NCBI GenBank assembly: GCA_963817535.1
Contig: CAWFOW010000011.1
Span: 46,754-110,753 of the forward strand
Source of the DNA: an uncultured Alphaproteobacteria bacterium
GTDB taxonomy: Bacteria; Pseudomonadota; Alphaproteobacteria; MPNO01; DASWLB01
Length of the DNA: 64,000 nucleotides
Reading direction: 5' to 3'
The notes beneath the pieces are model-generated. The model had not been told where the DNA came from and made no database searches. It worked only from the letters and a program-made list of their open reading frames with translations. Positions 1-9,966 of this stretch are shown here, piece after piece (position 1 is the first letter of the stretch; each line of letters starts with the position of its first letter). Made by a program: the position numbers and the translations under genes.

Positions 1-199
1 GCGAGGCGCGACGGACGCTGTGGTGGGATCGGGCTGTGCCGAGTTGCGTCGCGCGTGCCGGTCCAGCGGGCCGGCAATACGGGATCGGCATAGCGGAGCG
101 CGCCGACCGGCGGCGCCGCGTAGGGCACGCCGCGAAACTGGACAGCACCGTCCAGAGTCAAGCCGCGCAACGCGCCGAACGAAGTTTCGATCTCGGTGT

Positions 200-1663
200 T
201 CATGACTTGCCCTCCTCCGACCATGACGGCGCGGTCAGGCGTCGCTTGCCGTCCGCCGTCGTCGCGGTGCCGGGCTGTTCGAGCCCTTCTTTGTCCCACA
301 GCTGGCAGGTCACCGGCTTGTGCTTCTGGTCCAGCCCTTCGCAGTAGTTGGTGTATTCGCAGAGGCGGACTCGATCCCCTCGCCCGAGCGCGATCTTTCG
401 AAACCAGTCGGGGTCCGCGAGGGACTGACGCGCGGCGCCGACGATGTCGCACGCCCCTTCCGAGAGCAGCCGCTCGGCCGTTTCGAAATTGTGGACGCCG
501 CCGGTGCAGACGACCGGAGTCTCATGTCCTGCCTCGTGGATCGCTTGGCGGATGGAAGCGGTCGCGGCGACATTGCGGCCGAAGGGGCCGCGCGCGTCGG
601 AAAGATACTGCGGCATGCATTCGTAGCCGCTCGGACCGGTATAGGGATAGGCTGCCCAACCGACTGCCGGCTGCTTCGCATCGTCGAACTTGCCGCCGCG
701 CGAGGTGGAGAGGAAATCCATGCCGGCCTTCGCGAACCGGACGCCGAAATAGGCGGCGTCCTCAACGTCGCTGCCTTCCGCGATGCATTCGTCGGCCAGG
801 AACCGGCAACCGACCGCAAAGCCGCGCCCGACCCGGGCGCGCACGGCCGTGAACACCTCGAGGGGCAGGCGTACACGATTCTCCCGCATGCCGCCGTAGC
901 CGTCGGGACGGGTGTTCGTGCGCGACAAAAATGAGGCCATCGTGTAGGCGTGGGCATAGTGCAGTTCCACCCCGGCGAAGCCGGCCGCTTCGGCCCGCGC
1001 GGCCGCGTCAGCGAACAGGGGCGGCAACGCGGCGGGCAGGTCCCGAATGTGGGGAAGGTGCATGTCCGTCACGCGTTCTCGATAGCCGTACTCGAGCGCC
1101 TCGCGCTCGGCAGGGCTGAGGATTTCGGCGCGTACCGGTGCATCGAGCGCGGCGAGGCGTGCCCGCACGTCTGCTTCCGGCGCCTCCGGCATGCCAAGCG
1201 CGCGCCGGTGCTGGTCCGTGATGGCCAGGAACCGCGCGAAGTACCTTTCCGGGTCGGGCCGGCGTCGGATCGCCAGGAAGTCGATGACCTGGATGAACAA
1301 ACGCGTGTGGCCGCCGCTTGCGCGCCGCACCGTTTCGACGAGCTTGCGCAGCCCGGGGATGTAGCGGTCGTGACCGATCCGCAGCAACGGTCCGCTGGGC
1401 ACGTCGCGGACGCCGGTGGCCTCGACCACCAGTCCGCCTGGCCGGCCTCGGGCAAAGCGCTCGTACCACTGGATGACGGCGTCGGTAACGAAGCCATCCT
1501 CGGTCGCGCGCCAGGGAACCATTGCCGGCACCCAGGTGCGTGTCTCGAGCGCAACGGGTCCGATCGAAACGGGAGAGAACAGCCGAGACCGCGCGGCTTC
1601 GTCGCGCGTCGGCACGTGACCGGACGTCGCCTTGAACCGGAGCCGTTCTTGCGGCCGCCACAT
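200..1663 (-). CDS. Old Yellow Enzyme family NADH:flavin oxidoreductase with a ~120-aa Cys-containing C-terminal extension
   Basis: 487-aa ORF. OYE-like TIM-barrel N-terminus (LFSPVSIGPVALETRTWVPAMV, HYAHAY..., GVELHYAHAYTMASFLS). C-terminal CEYTNYCEGLDQKHKPVTC motif is reminiscent of 2,4-dienoyl-CoA reductase-type Fe-S extensions. Confidence 0.7.
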   Translation of the reverse strand: MWRPQERLRFKATSGHVPTRDEAARSRLFSPVSIGPVALETRTWVPAMVPWRATEDGFVTDAVIQWYERFARGRPGGLVVEATGVRDVPSGPLLRIGHDRYIPGLRKLVETVRRASGGHTRLFIQVIDFLAIRRRPDPERYFARFLAITDQHRRALGMPEAPEADVRARLAALDAPVRAEILSPAEREALEYGYRERVTDMHLPHIRDLPAALPPLFADAAARAEAAGFAGVELHYAHAYTMASFLSRTNTRPDGYGGMRENRVRLPLEVFTAVRARVGRGFAVGCRFLADECIAEGSDVEDAAYFGVRFAKAGMDFLSTSRGGKFDDAKQPAVGWAAYPYTGPSGYECMPQYLSDARGPFGRNVAATASIRQAIHEAGHETPVVCTGGVHNFETAERLLSEGACDIVGAARQSLADPDWFRKIALGRGDRVRLCEYTNYCEGLDQKHKPVTCQLWDKEGLEQPGTATTADGKRRLTAPSWSEEGKS

Positions 1664-1692
1664 CCTATGAATTTCCGCTGGCAGCTAAATTA

Positions 1693-1705
1693 TTTCAAGC
1701 TTAAA
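1693..1705. promoter_or_regulatory. Imperfect palindrome TTTCAAGCTTAAA in the OYE/MarR divergent promoter (putative MarR operator)
   Basis: AT-rich island in a GC-rich genome, centred on AAGCTT, between divergent starts. Confidence 0.4.
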
Positions 1706-1713
1706 GTATATAG

Positions 1714-2250
1714 ATGCCCTCGATATGCGCTTGCGGGAATTCGGGGATGGAGGCAGCGACGCGTCCGCTCGACGCTGAGACCAAAGCGGTCGAGCGACCG
1801 GGCGATCACAAGGACGAGCTGCGGCTGTGGCTTCGGCTGTTCAGCTGCACGACCATGATCGAGCGCGAGATCCGCCGCCGCCTGCGCGAGACGTTCCATA
1901 CCACCCTGCCACGCTTCGACCTGATGGCGCAGCTCGACAAGATGCCCGACGGCATGAAGCTGGGCGAACTCTCGCAGCGCCTGATGGTGTCGAACGGCAA
2001 CATCACCGGGCTGGTCGACCGGCTGGTCAGCCAGGGGCTGCTCGACTGCCAGCCGGCGCCGAACGACCGGCGCACCCAGATCGTACGGCTGACCGCCTCT
2101 GGCCGTCGCCAGTTCCGCACCATGGCCACCGCGCACGAAGGCTGGATCGCCGAGATCTTCTCGGGGCTTGATTCGGACGACATCGCGAGATTGATGAAGC
2201 TGACAGCGCAGGCGAAGCAGTCGGCCTACCGGGCGACGCAGCTGCGATGA
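1714..2250 (+). CDS. MarR family transcriptional regulator
   Basis: wHTH MarR signature (GELSQRLMVSNGNITGLVDRLVSQGLL...DRRTQIVRLTASGRRQF). Stop overlaps the next start (ATGA). The true start may be the internal Met at ~1747, because a palindrome sits just upstream of 1714. Confidence 0.8.
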   Translation: MPSICACGNSGMEAATRPLDAETKAVERPGDHKDELRLWLRLFSCTTMIEREIRRRLRETFHTTLPRFDLMAQLDKMPDGMKLGELSQRLMVSNGNITGLVDRLVSQGLLDCQPAPNDRRTQIVRLTASGRRQFRTMATAHEGWIAEIFSGLDSDDIARLMKLTAQAKQSAYRATQLR

Positions 2251-3890
2251 CGGAGCGGTCGGCCCACCTCAACTCGTTCGCGCGCGACAATCTGCCGCCG
2301 CGCGACCAGTGGCCCGACTTGATCTTTACCCTTTCCGAGCTGACCTACCCCGAGCGGATGAATGCGGCGACGGCGTTCCTCGATGCGCGCATCGCGGCCG
2401 GCGACGGCGACAGGATCTGCCTCATCTCTCCCGCCGAGCGCTGGACCTACGCCGAACTCGCCGACCGGGTGAACCGCATCGCCAATGTGCTGACCCGCGA
2501 GCTGGGCATGGTCCCGGGAAACCGCGTGCTGTTGCGCGCCGCCAACGAACCGATGCTGGTGGCGGCCTACTTTGCGGTGCTGAAGGCGGGCGGCATCGTG
2601 GTGCCGACCATGCCGCTGTTGCGCGCGAAGGAGCTGTCCTACCCCATCGGCAAGGCGGAGATCCGCTTAGCCCTGTGCGACGTGCGGCTGTTGGACGAGC
2701 TCGCGAAGGCCGCGCCGGACGGGCGCACGCGTATCGTTACCTGGGGCGACGGCCGGGATGGCGGCCTGGAATCCCTGATGGCCAAGCCCGGCTACGACAC
2801 GTTCGCCGCCTGCGACACGGCGGCCGACGACGTGTGCCTGATCGCCTTCACCTCGGGTACCACCGGGGTGCCCAAGGGCACCATGCATTTCCACCGCGAC
2901 CTGCTGGCGATCTGCGACACCTATGCGCGGCACGTGCTGCGCGCGTCGCCATCCGACCGTTTCATCGGCTCACCACCGCTCGCCTTTACGTACGGGCTCG
3001 GCGGTCTGGTGCTGTTCCCGATGCGTATCGGGGCGAGTTCGGTGCTGTTGGAGAAGGCGCCGCCCGAGACGCTGATGGAGGCGATCGAGACCTGGGGCGC
3101 GACCGTCTGCTTCACCGCGCCCACCGCCTACCGTGCGATGCTGGCGTTGGGCGACAAGTTCGACATCTCGTCCCTGCGCAAATGCGTTTCGGCCGGCGAA
3201 ACCTTGCCCAAGGCGACGTTCGAGGCGTGGCGCGAGGCGACCGGAATCGCGATCCAGGACGGCCTCGGCTCGACCGAGATGCTGCACATGTTCATCTGCT
3301 GTCGCGAAGACGAGATGCGCGGCGGCGCCACCGGCAAGGCGATCCCCGGCTTTGAGGCGCGCGTGATCGATGCGGACGGCAAGGAGGTGCCGCCCGGAAC
3401 CGTCGGCCGGCTGGCCGTGCGCGGCCCGACCGGCTGCCGCTATTTGGCCGACGAGCGCCAGCGCGACTATGTGATCGACGGGTGGAACGTGACCGGCGAC
3501 ACCTATTTGATGGAGCCGGACGGGTACTTCGTGTACCAGGCGCGATCCGACGACATGATCGTCTCGGCCGGCTACAATATTGCGGGTCCGGAGGTGGAAG
3601 CCGCGCTCCTCGAGCACCCGGCGGTCGCCGAGTGCGGCGTGGTGGGCGCGCCCGACCCGGATCGCGGCCAGATCGTGAAGGCCTATGTCGTGCTGCGTGA
3701 GGGACATGTGAGCGACGCTGCACTGGTGCGCGCGCTGCAGGATCACGTCAAGGCGAATATCGCCCCCTACAAGTATCCGCGCGCCATCGATTTCGTGCCT
3801 CGCCTGCCGCGCACGGAAAGCGGTAAGTTGCAGCGGTTCGAGCTGCGCCGTCGGGCGGCGCAGCCGCCGGACGCAACTCAGGCTTGGTAG
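2247..3890 (+). CDS. AMP-dependent aryl/acyl-CoA ligase (benzoate-CoA ligase-like)
   Basis: 547 aa. AMP-binding motifs TSGTTGVPKG, YGSTE-like, GDTY...; the adenylate-forming Lys is near the C-terminus (SGKLQR). Confidence 0.85.
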   Translation: MTERSAHLNSFARDNLPPRDQWPDLIFTLSELTYPERMNAATAFLDARIAAGDGDRICLISPAERWTYAELADRVNRIANVLTRELGMVPGNRVLLRAANEPMLVAAYFAVLKAGGIVVPTMPLLRAKELSYPIGKAEIRLALCDVRLLDELAKAAPDGRTRIVTWGDGRDGGLESLMAKPGYDTFAACDTAADDVCLIAFTSGTTGVPKGTMHFHRDLLAICDTYARHVLRASPSDRFIGSPPLAFTYGLGGLVLFPMRIGASSVLLEKAPPETLMEAIETWGATVCFTAPTAYRAMLALGDKFDISSLRKCVSAGETLPKATFEAWREATGIAIQDGLGSTEMLHMFICCREDEMRGGATGKAIPGFEARVIDADGKEVPPGTVGRLAVRGPTGCRYLADERQRDYVIDGWNVTGDTYLMEPDGYFVYQARSDDMIVSAGYNIAGPEVEAALLEHPAVAECGVVGAPDPDRGQIVKAYVVLREGHVSDAALVRALQDHVKANIAPYKYPRAIDFVPRLPRTESGKLQRFELRRRAAQPPDATQAW

Positions 3891-4357
3891 AGGCGCGCGT
3901 GTCAGCACGTTCTCCGCTTAAAGACTCCGCTGTCCGGTCGCCCGGTTCGCACGAAGTGCTGCTGCCCGCCGGCTGGCCGCGCCCGCGGGGCTACGCCAAC
4001 GGCATCCGCGCGAAAGGCGAGTTCGTCTTCGTCGGCGGAATGGTGGGGTGGGACGCGGCCGGAAATTTCGCCGAAGGCTTCGTCGCCCAGGCACGCCAGG
4101 CGCTGCAGAACGTCCGCGCGGTACTGGCCGAGGGCGGTGCACGGCCCGAGGACGTGGTGCGCCTGACCTGGTACGTGATCGACCTCGACGAATACCGCGC
4201 GAGCCTCGCCGCCCTGGGCGCCGCCTATCGCGAGCTGATGGGCAGCCACTACCCGGCGATGGCATTGGTCCAGGTGGCTGGGCTGGTCGAGCCACGCGCG
4301 CGGCTCGAGATCGAGGCGACGGCGGTGATTCCGGACCGCGCGGAGCGGGCGCGATGA
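3884..4357 (+). CDS. ridA: RidA/YjgF family reactive-intermediate deaminase
   Basis: YjgF/chorismate-mutase-like fold signature (GFVAQARQALQNVRAVLAEGGARPEDVVRLTWYV...IEATAV). Overlaps neighbours at both ends. Confidence 0.75.
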   Translation: MVEARVSARSPLKDSAVRSPGSHEVLLPAGWPRPRGYANGIRAKGEFVFVGGMVGWDAAGNFAEGFVAQARQALQNVRAVLAEGGARPEDVVRLTWYVIDLDEYRASLAALGAAYRELMGSHYPAMALVQVAGLVEPRARLEIEATAVIPDRAERAR

Positions 4358-5169
4358 GCGCTGGTGGCGCGATAGCGACCGCGGCGGCGCCGCCGCCGGT
4401 GATCGTGCTGGACAACGTGTCGGTCGAGTTGTCTGGCGAACGCATCTACAATTCCATCGGATTTGCGGTCCGGCCCGGAGAGTTCCTGTGCATCCTGGGC
4501 CCCTCCGGGTGCGGCAAGTCCACCTGCCTGCGCCTGATGGGAGATCTCTTGCAGGCGAACGGCGGGACCGTGCGCGTCGACGGGCGGACCCCCGCCGAAG
4601 CGTGGGACCAGCTCGCCTACGTGTTCCAGGCGCCGCGCCTTGTGCCGTGGCGCACCGCGCTCGGCAATGTGATGCTGGCGATGGAGCTGCGCTTTGGGCG
4701 GGGTGCCAGGCGCGACATGGAGTCGAAGGGCCGCGCGCTGCTGGACCTTGTCGGGCTCGCCAACGATATCGAGAAATATCCCCGGATGCTTTCGGGCGGC
4801 GAGCGCCAGCGCGTCGCCATCGCCCGTGCCCTGGCGGTCGAGCCGAAGATCGTGCTTATGGACGAGCCGTTTTCGGCGCTGGATCTTAACACGCGCCGCC
4901 GGCTACGCGCCCAGATGATCTCGATCTGGGAGGAGACGGGGAAGACCATCGTCTTTGTCACCCATGACATCGACGAAGCGCTGGTCCTGGCCGACCGGAT
5001 CCTGTTGATGTCGAACAAGCCGACGCGCGTGATCGAGACCATCGAGATTGACCGGCCGCGACCGCGCGACCTGGACGGAACGCCCGAGCTTCGCGCTCAT
5101 CGCGACCATCTGCACCGTTTGTTCCGTCAGCTCGAGCCGGGATCCGAGGAAGAAACCCAACCGGGGTGA
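4354..5169 (+). CDS. ABC transporter ATP-binding protein, NitT/TauT (nitrate/sulfonate/bicarbonate) family
   Basis: Walker A GPSGCGKST, signature LSGGERQRVAIARAL, Walker B IVLMDEPFSALD. Start ATG shares ATGA with the RidA stop. Confidence 0.85.
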   Translation: MSAGGAIATAAAPPPVIVLDNVSVELSGERIYNSIGFAVRPGEFLCILGPSGCGKSTCLRLMGDLLQANGGTVRVDGRTPAEAWDQLAYVFQAPRLVPWRTALGNVMLAMELRFGRGARRDMESKGRALLDLVGLANDIEKYPRMLSGGERQRVAIARALAVEPKIVLMDEPFSALDLNTRRRLRAQMISIWEETGKTIVFVTHDIDEALVLADRILLMSNKPTRVIETIEIDRPRPRDLDGTPELRAHRDHLHRLFRQLEPGSEEETQPG

Positions 5170-5198
5170 GTGGACCCCGAAATACGGAGGCAGACGCA

Positions 5199-6185
5199 AT
5201 GAAGCGAACGATTGTCGGCGCGCTCGGCGCGCTTGCGGTGGCCCTGGTCGCCGCCGGCCCGGCCCTCGCAAAGGAAAGGATCAGCTATGCCTACCTGATC
5301 GATCCCGCCCTGGAGGGCATCTTGTACGGCATCAAGTCAGGCAAGGTGCATTCCGACACGGTCGAACTGGTGGCCACACCGCTGCCGATACCCGCGCTGA
5401 TCCAGTCGACAACGACCAAGCAGTACGACGTGATCATGAACGCCGTGCTGTCGATTCCGCGCGCCCTGGAGAAGGGGCTGAGGATGGAAGTGCTGTCGAC
5501 GGCCCTGCGCTCGGTGCCGAGCGCGGTGAGCGGCGCGGCCTGGGTCAAGAAGGACGGGCCCTACAAGACGCTGGCGGACCTGAAAGGCAAGACGATCGGT
5601 GACACATCGCTGCAATCGACCGGCACCATGTGGACGCGCATTGCCATGTGGAAGAAGCACGGCATTAACGTGATGTACGATAATGGCGACTTCAAATGGG
5701 TGCAGCTTCCGGCCTCGGGCCTTCTTGGCGCGGTGCAGACCGGGCGCATCGACGCAGCGAATCTGATCCACCTTCAGGCGTATGAGGCGCTGAAGTCGGG
5801 CAACTACGTCTCGCTCCTGCACACCGCTCAGGACCTCCACGAAATGTTCGGCGTGCGGCAGGTCTCGGCGGTCAATGTCGGTTATCCCGAGAAGCTCAAC
5901 GCGCGGCCCGATGCGTTCAAGGAGTTCGACCGCATGATCAAGGCCACGGTCGATTATGCCAGTGCCCACACGGCCGAAGTCGGCGAGGCGATTGCGAAGG
6001 AGTTCAAGATCTCGCCCGAGTTCTTCGGCTGGTGGCTTAAGAACTATTCGACGTTTCCCGGTGTGGTAAGCGATGGCGATCTGAAGGCCATGGAAGTGGT
6101 TTGGCAGAACGCGCACGATCTGCACGCGATGGGGACGTTCCCGAAGGCCGAGTCGGTCGTCTGGAAGTACGCGATCCGCGAGTAG
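5199..6185 (+). CDS. ABC transporter substrate-binding protein, NMT1/THI5-like (NitT/TauT family)
   Basis: Signal peptide MKRTIVGALGALAVALVAAGPALA and an SsuA/NMT1-like fold. RBS ggagg upstream. Confidence 0.8.
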   Translation: MKRTIVGALGALAVALVAAGPALAKERISYAYLIDPALEGILYGIKSGKVHSDTVELVATPLPIPALIQSTTTKQYDVIMNAVLSIPRALEKGLRMEVLSTALRSVPSAVSGAAWVKKDGPYKTLADLKGKTIGDTSLQSTGTMWTRIAMWKKHGINVMYDNGDFKWVQLPASGLLGAVQTGRIDAANLIHLQAYEALKSGNYVSLLHTAQDLHEMFGVRQVSAVNVGYPEKLNARPDAFKEFDRMIKATVDYASAHTAEVGEAIAKEFKISPEFFGWWLKNYSTFPGVVSDGDLKAMEVVWQNAHDLHAMGTFPKAESVVWKYAIRE

Positions 6186-6194
6186 ACTGGCCCC

Positions 6195-6992
6195 GTGGCG
6201 CGCGCGCTCGAAAACACCCGGAGCAGGTGGACCGCGGGCCGGCGTTCCCGGTTGGCGGCCCACCTGTTCACGCTCGCCGCGCTCGCGGTGTGGCAGCTTT
6301 ATTCGATGACGGTAGAGCCGTTCGTGATGCCCGGCCCGTGGCCGGTGGCGGAACGGCTCTACCAGTTCCTTACGACGTGGAGCCTCGCCAAGCACACGTT
6401 CTACTCGTTCGGGCATATATTTGCGGCAATGGCGATTTCGTTCCTGGTGGGGAGCGGGCTCGCGTTCCTTGCCCATTATGCTCCGGCCTTCCGTCTTGCC
6501 GTGCATGGGCGGCTGAGCCCGTTCCTGAACTCGTTCTCCGGGATCGGCTGGACGCTGCTCGCCATCGTCTGGTTCGGGGTGAACGACCTGACGGTCATTT
6601 TCGCGATCAGCGTGGTGCTGACGCCCTTCGCCATCATCAACATGCGTGAGGGGCTCGAGACGCTGGATTCCGAGCTGTTGGAGATGTCGGCGAGCTTCAC
6701 CCGCCGGCGTGGCCGGGAGTTCACGCGCATCGTGCTTCCGGCTCTGATGCCCTTCATTTTCGCGACGGCGCGGATCAGCTTCGGCGTGTCGTGGAAGGTG
6801 ACGCTGGCTGCCGAGCTGTTCGGCGGGCGCACCGGGCTTGGCTACCTGTTCAACCTGGCGCGTCAGGATTTCGACATGGCGCTGATCCTGGTTGTGATCG
6901 TGGTCATCATCGCCTTCGTCTACGGCACCGACAGGCTGGTCTTCGCACCGCTCCAGGCTCGGCTCGGCCGCCACCACGAGGCGGAACCGTGA
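6195..6992 (+). CDS. ABC transporter permease (NitT/TauT family)
   Basis: Multi-TM protein with the EAA-like loop typical of BPD permeases. GTG start. Confidence 0.8.
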   Translation: MARALENTRSRWTAGRRSRLAAHLFTLAALAVWQLYSMTVEPFVMPGPWPVAERLYQFLTTWSLAKHTFYSFGHIFAAMAISFLVGSGLAFLAHYAPAFRLAVHGRLSPFLNSFSGIGWTLLAIVWFGVNDLTVIFAISVVLTPFAIINMREGLETLDSELLEMSASFTRRRGREFTRIVLPALMPFIFATARISFGVSWKVTLAAELFGGRTGLGYLFNLARQDFDMALILVVIVVIIAFVYGTDRLVFAPLQARLGRHHEAEP

Positions 6993-7774
6993 CCGCCATC
7001 GCCAGCTCCACGCCGCGCCCGCCCCGGCGCAGGCCGTTCACCCAGCGCGCCATCGCGGATGGGCTGGTGATCGCCGTGCTCGTCGGCTGGTGGCTGGCCG
7101 CGCGCCATCTGCCGGAATTCATCCTTCCTGGTCCGGTGAGTATCGCGAAGACCCTGGCGGCGCTGTTCGTCACCCCGTCGCTCCTGGTCGACACGGCCAC
7201 AAGCGCTTTGCGGGTGATCGTGGCGGTGGTCGTGTCCGTCGCACTGGGTGGCGTGCTCGCAATTCTGCCCTATCGTTGGCCGGTGCTCGACGGCATCGTG
7301 CACGACCGCATCAAGCCGTTCCTCAACTCGTTCCCATCGGTGGGCTGGGCGATCCTCGCGATGGTGTGGTTCGGCACGTCATCCATCTCGGTGATTATCG
7401 TCGAGGTGATGATCCTGACGCCGTTCTGCCTGGTGAACGTGTCGGAAGGCATTCGCGAGCTCGACGATGAGCTGCTCGAAATGGGAGAAAGCTTCACCCG
7501 CAGCCGGCCGCGCGTGATGCTCAAGATCGTGGTGCCGCTTTTGTTGCCCTATGCGGTTTCGGCGGTGCGCATCGCCTACGGCGTGGCGTGGAAGATCGCG
7601 CTGGTTGCCGAGCTGTTCGGAGCGACCAGCGGCCTGGGCTATGTGATGCTCAAGGCGGAGATCGTGTCGGACGCCGCGACGGTTTACGCCACCTGCTTCG
7701 CCATCGTGATCCTGTTCCTTGCCGGCGAGAAGCTGGTGATCGATCCCCTGTCGCGCGTGGTGGCCTACAAATGA
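6989..7774 (+). CDS. ABC transporter permease (NitT/TauT family), second subunit
   Basis: Paralog of the preceding permease (shared ...FLNSF...GW..LA.VWFG... pattern). GTG start overlaps the upstream stop (GTGA). Confidence 0.8.
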   Translation: MTAIASSTPRPPRRRPFTQRAIADGLVIAVLVGWWLAARHLPEFILPGPVSIAKTLAALFVTPSLLVDTATSALRVIVAVVVSVALGGVLAILPYRWPVLDGIVHDRIKPFLNSFPSVGWAILAMVWFGTSSISVIIVEVMILTPFCLVNVSEGIRELDDELLEMGESFTRSRPRVMLKIVVPLLLPYAVSAVRIAYGVAWKIALVAELFGATSGLGYVMLKAEIVSDAATVYATCFAIVILFLAGEKLVIDPLSRVVAYK

Positions 7775-7796
7775 ACAGCTACCCCGAAGGAGAGAC

Positions 7797-9425
7797 GTGA
7801 TGATCACCGCGGATTTGCTGCTGAAGAACGGCAACGTGATGACGATTGATGCGATGTCAACGCGGACCGACGCTGTCGCCATCGCGAACGGGCGCATCGT
7901 CGCGCTCGGCAAGGAGGCACAGGAGCTGGCCGGACCCAACACCCAGATCATCGATCTGGGCGGCCGCACGGCCGTTCCCGGGCTGTTCGACAGCCATATC
8001 CACACGATGATGGGCGGGCAGAACGAGCTCGCGGTTTCGCTCGAGGATGCGAAATCCGTCGCCGACGTGCAGAAGGCCTTCGCAGCCCGCGCGCAAGGCG
8101 CTGCGCCCGGGAACTGGATCCTGGGAGGCAGCGGCTGGCACGAAAGCCAGCTCGCCGAGGGGCGCATGCCGCACCGGAAAGAGCTCGACGCAGTAACGCC
8201 GAATAACCCCGTCTTCCTGCGCAGGGGCGGTCACGTCGCGGTCGCGAACAGCGCGGCCCTGAAAATTGCGGGTATCACGAAGGATACGCCCGACCCGCAT
8301 GACGGTGTGATCGGGCGCGATGCAGGCACCAACGAGCCGAACGGCATGCTGGTCGAGCGCGCGGCCTTCACCCAAGTGCTGAAGCACGTGCCGCGCCCGA
8401 CCCGTGGCGACCTGGTCGAGGGGTTGAAGAGATACACCGCGCGCCTCAATAGTCGCGGCATCACGGCGACGTTGGAGCCCGGCATCAGCCTGGACGAGAT
8501 CGCCGCCTACATGGAGCTGTGGCGCCAGGGGAAGATGACCACGCGGGCGCGTATCCTCCAGCGCATCGCATGTGCGGACGATGTGTCGGGCCTCACCCAG
8601 GTGCTGGCACCCGAGTTCGGCGACGACTGGCTGCGCATCGGCGGCTTCAAGTTCATGGCCGACGGCGGCGTGGAAGCGGCCTTTCTGCGCGAGCCCTATC
8701 GCGTGATCGAGGGCGAGCAGAACGACCCCGATTTCGTGGGGAAGATGGTGCTGCCGCCTGGCGGTCTCGACGAGCTGCGCGAGATGCTGATGGTTGCGGC
8801 CGCACAGGGTTGGCAGGTGCAGATCCACATGGTGGGCGACGCTACGATCGACACCATCGTCGGGCTGGTCGAGGAGGTGGCAAGGAAATATCCGGTCGGC
8901 GATATGCGCTGGACCATGATGCACGTCTTCCTGCCGACCGACGAAGCATTGACCAAGATGAAGCGGCTCGGCCTCCGCGCGACGGTGCAGGACCATCCCG
9001 TTAAGCTTGGTCACAACATGCTGCGCTACTGGGGCGAGGAGCGGGCGTCGCGCTCGATCCCGGTGCGGTCGATCCTCGCGGCGGGCATTCCCACCGGCGG
9101 CGGCACCGATGCCCCCGTTGTCGACTGGAATCCGTTCGAATCAATCTGGTGGATGACCACGCGCAAGGTCTTCGCCCAGGGCGGGGTGCGGGTACTCGGC
9201 CCCGACGAGGCAATCGGCCGCGAGGAGGCGCTGCGCCTCTACACGCTGGGCAGCGCCGAGACCTGCTTCATGGAGAGCATCGTGGGTACGATCGAGCCCG
9301 GCAAGCTCGCCGACATTGCGGTGCTCGATGCCGACCCGATGACGGTCGCCGACGATGCGCTGCGCGACATCAAAGCGGCGCTGACCGTCGTCGGCGGCCG
9401 GATCGTTCATCGCGCGGGGGTCTGA
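7797..9425 (+). CDS. Amidohydrolase family protein (Amidohydrolase_3, metal-dependent hydrolase)
   Basis: 542 aa. N-terminal ...IDLGGRTAVPGLFDSHIHTMMGG metal-binding HxH motif and C-terminal GGTDAPV... typical of the Amidohydro_3 family. RBS aaggagag. Confidence 0.8.
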   Translation: MMITADLLLKNGNVMTIDAMSTRTDAVAIANGRIVALGKEAQELAGPNTQIIDLGGRTAVPGLFDSHIHTMMGGQNELAVSLEDAKSVADVQKAFAARAQGAAPGNWILGGSGWHESQLAEGRMPHRKELDAVTPNNPVFLRRGGHVAVANSAALKIAGITKDTPDPHDGVIGRDAGTNEPNGMLVERAAFTQVLKHVPRPTRGDLVEGLKRYTARLNSRGITATLEPGISLDEIAAYMELWRQGKMTTRARILQRIACADDVSGLTQVLAPEFGDDWLRIGGFKFMADGGVEAAFLREPYRVIEGEQNDPDFVGKMVLPPGGLDELREMLMVAAAQGWQVQIHMVGDATIDTIVGLVEEVARKYPVGDMRWTMMHVFLPTDEALTKMKRLGLRATVQDHPVKLGHNMLRYWGEERASRSIPVRSILAAGIPTGGGTDAPVVDWNPFESIWWMTTRKVFAQGGVRVLGPDEAIGREEALRLYTLGSAETCFMESIVGTIEPGKLADIAVLDADPMTVADDALRDIKAALTVVGGRIVHRAGV

Positions 9426-9426
9426 C

Positions 9427-9897
9427 GTGGCGGGGCAGGGGGCCATCCTGTCGGCGCACGGTCGCAACCATGGCGACCTGGTGGCGGCGCGCGACATTGC
9501 ACGCCTGCCGGCGGCGACCGACAACTACCCGCTGCTGACATTCCGCGAAATCTACGCCACCGTCGGAGTCATCGGACTTCGCATCGGCGAGGAGGCGCGG
9601 GCGCTCGACGGCCGGCCCGTGCGGGTGCGCGGGTACATGGCGCCGCCGGTCGCTGACCGCGACAGCTTCTTCATGCTGACGCGGACCCCGTTCGTTACCT
9701 GTCCGTTCTGCGACCCGGCGGCGAGCTGGCCCGATGACGTGGTACTGGCCTGCCTGGAAAAGGACAGTGCCTTCGTCGATCCGACCCTCGCGGTCGAGCT
9801 GGTCGGCGAGCTCGATATCGGTCCGAAGCGCGACCCTCGGACGGGTACGACGCGCTACGTGCGTCTCGTCGATGCGCGCTGGCAGCTGGTGTCTTGA
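9427..9897 (+). CDS. Hypothetical protein, 156 aa, co-transcribed with the amidohydrolase
   Basis: GTG start 2 nt after the amidohydrolase stop. Contains a CPFCD motif. No family recognised. Confidence 0.4.
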   Translation: MAGQGAILSAHGRNHGDLVAARDIARLPAATDNYPLLTFREIYATVGVIGLRIGEEARALDGRPVRVRGYMAPPVADRDSFFMLTRTPFVTCPFCDPAASWPDDVVLACLEKDSAFVDPTLAVELVGELDIGPKRDPRTGTTRYVRLVDARWQLVS

Positions 9898-9966
9898 TGG
9901 TGCGCGCCGCAATCCGCGCGGGGTGAATCTATTCAAAATAAACAGCCTTATTCTTCAAGAACACCA

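Noticed and set aside
5337-6977. 546-aa minus-strand ORF
   Set aside because: Antisense to the SBP and permease genes. Composition artifact of high GC
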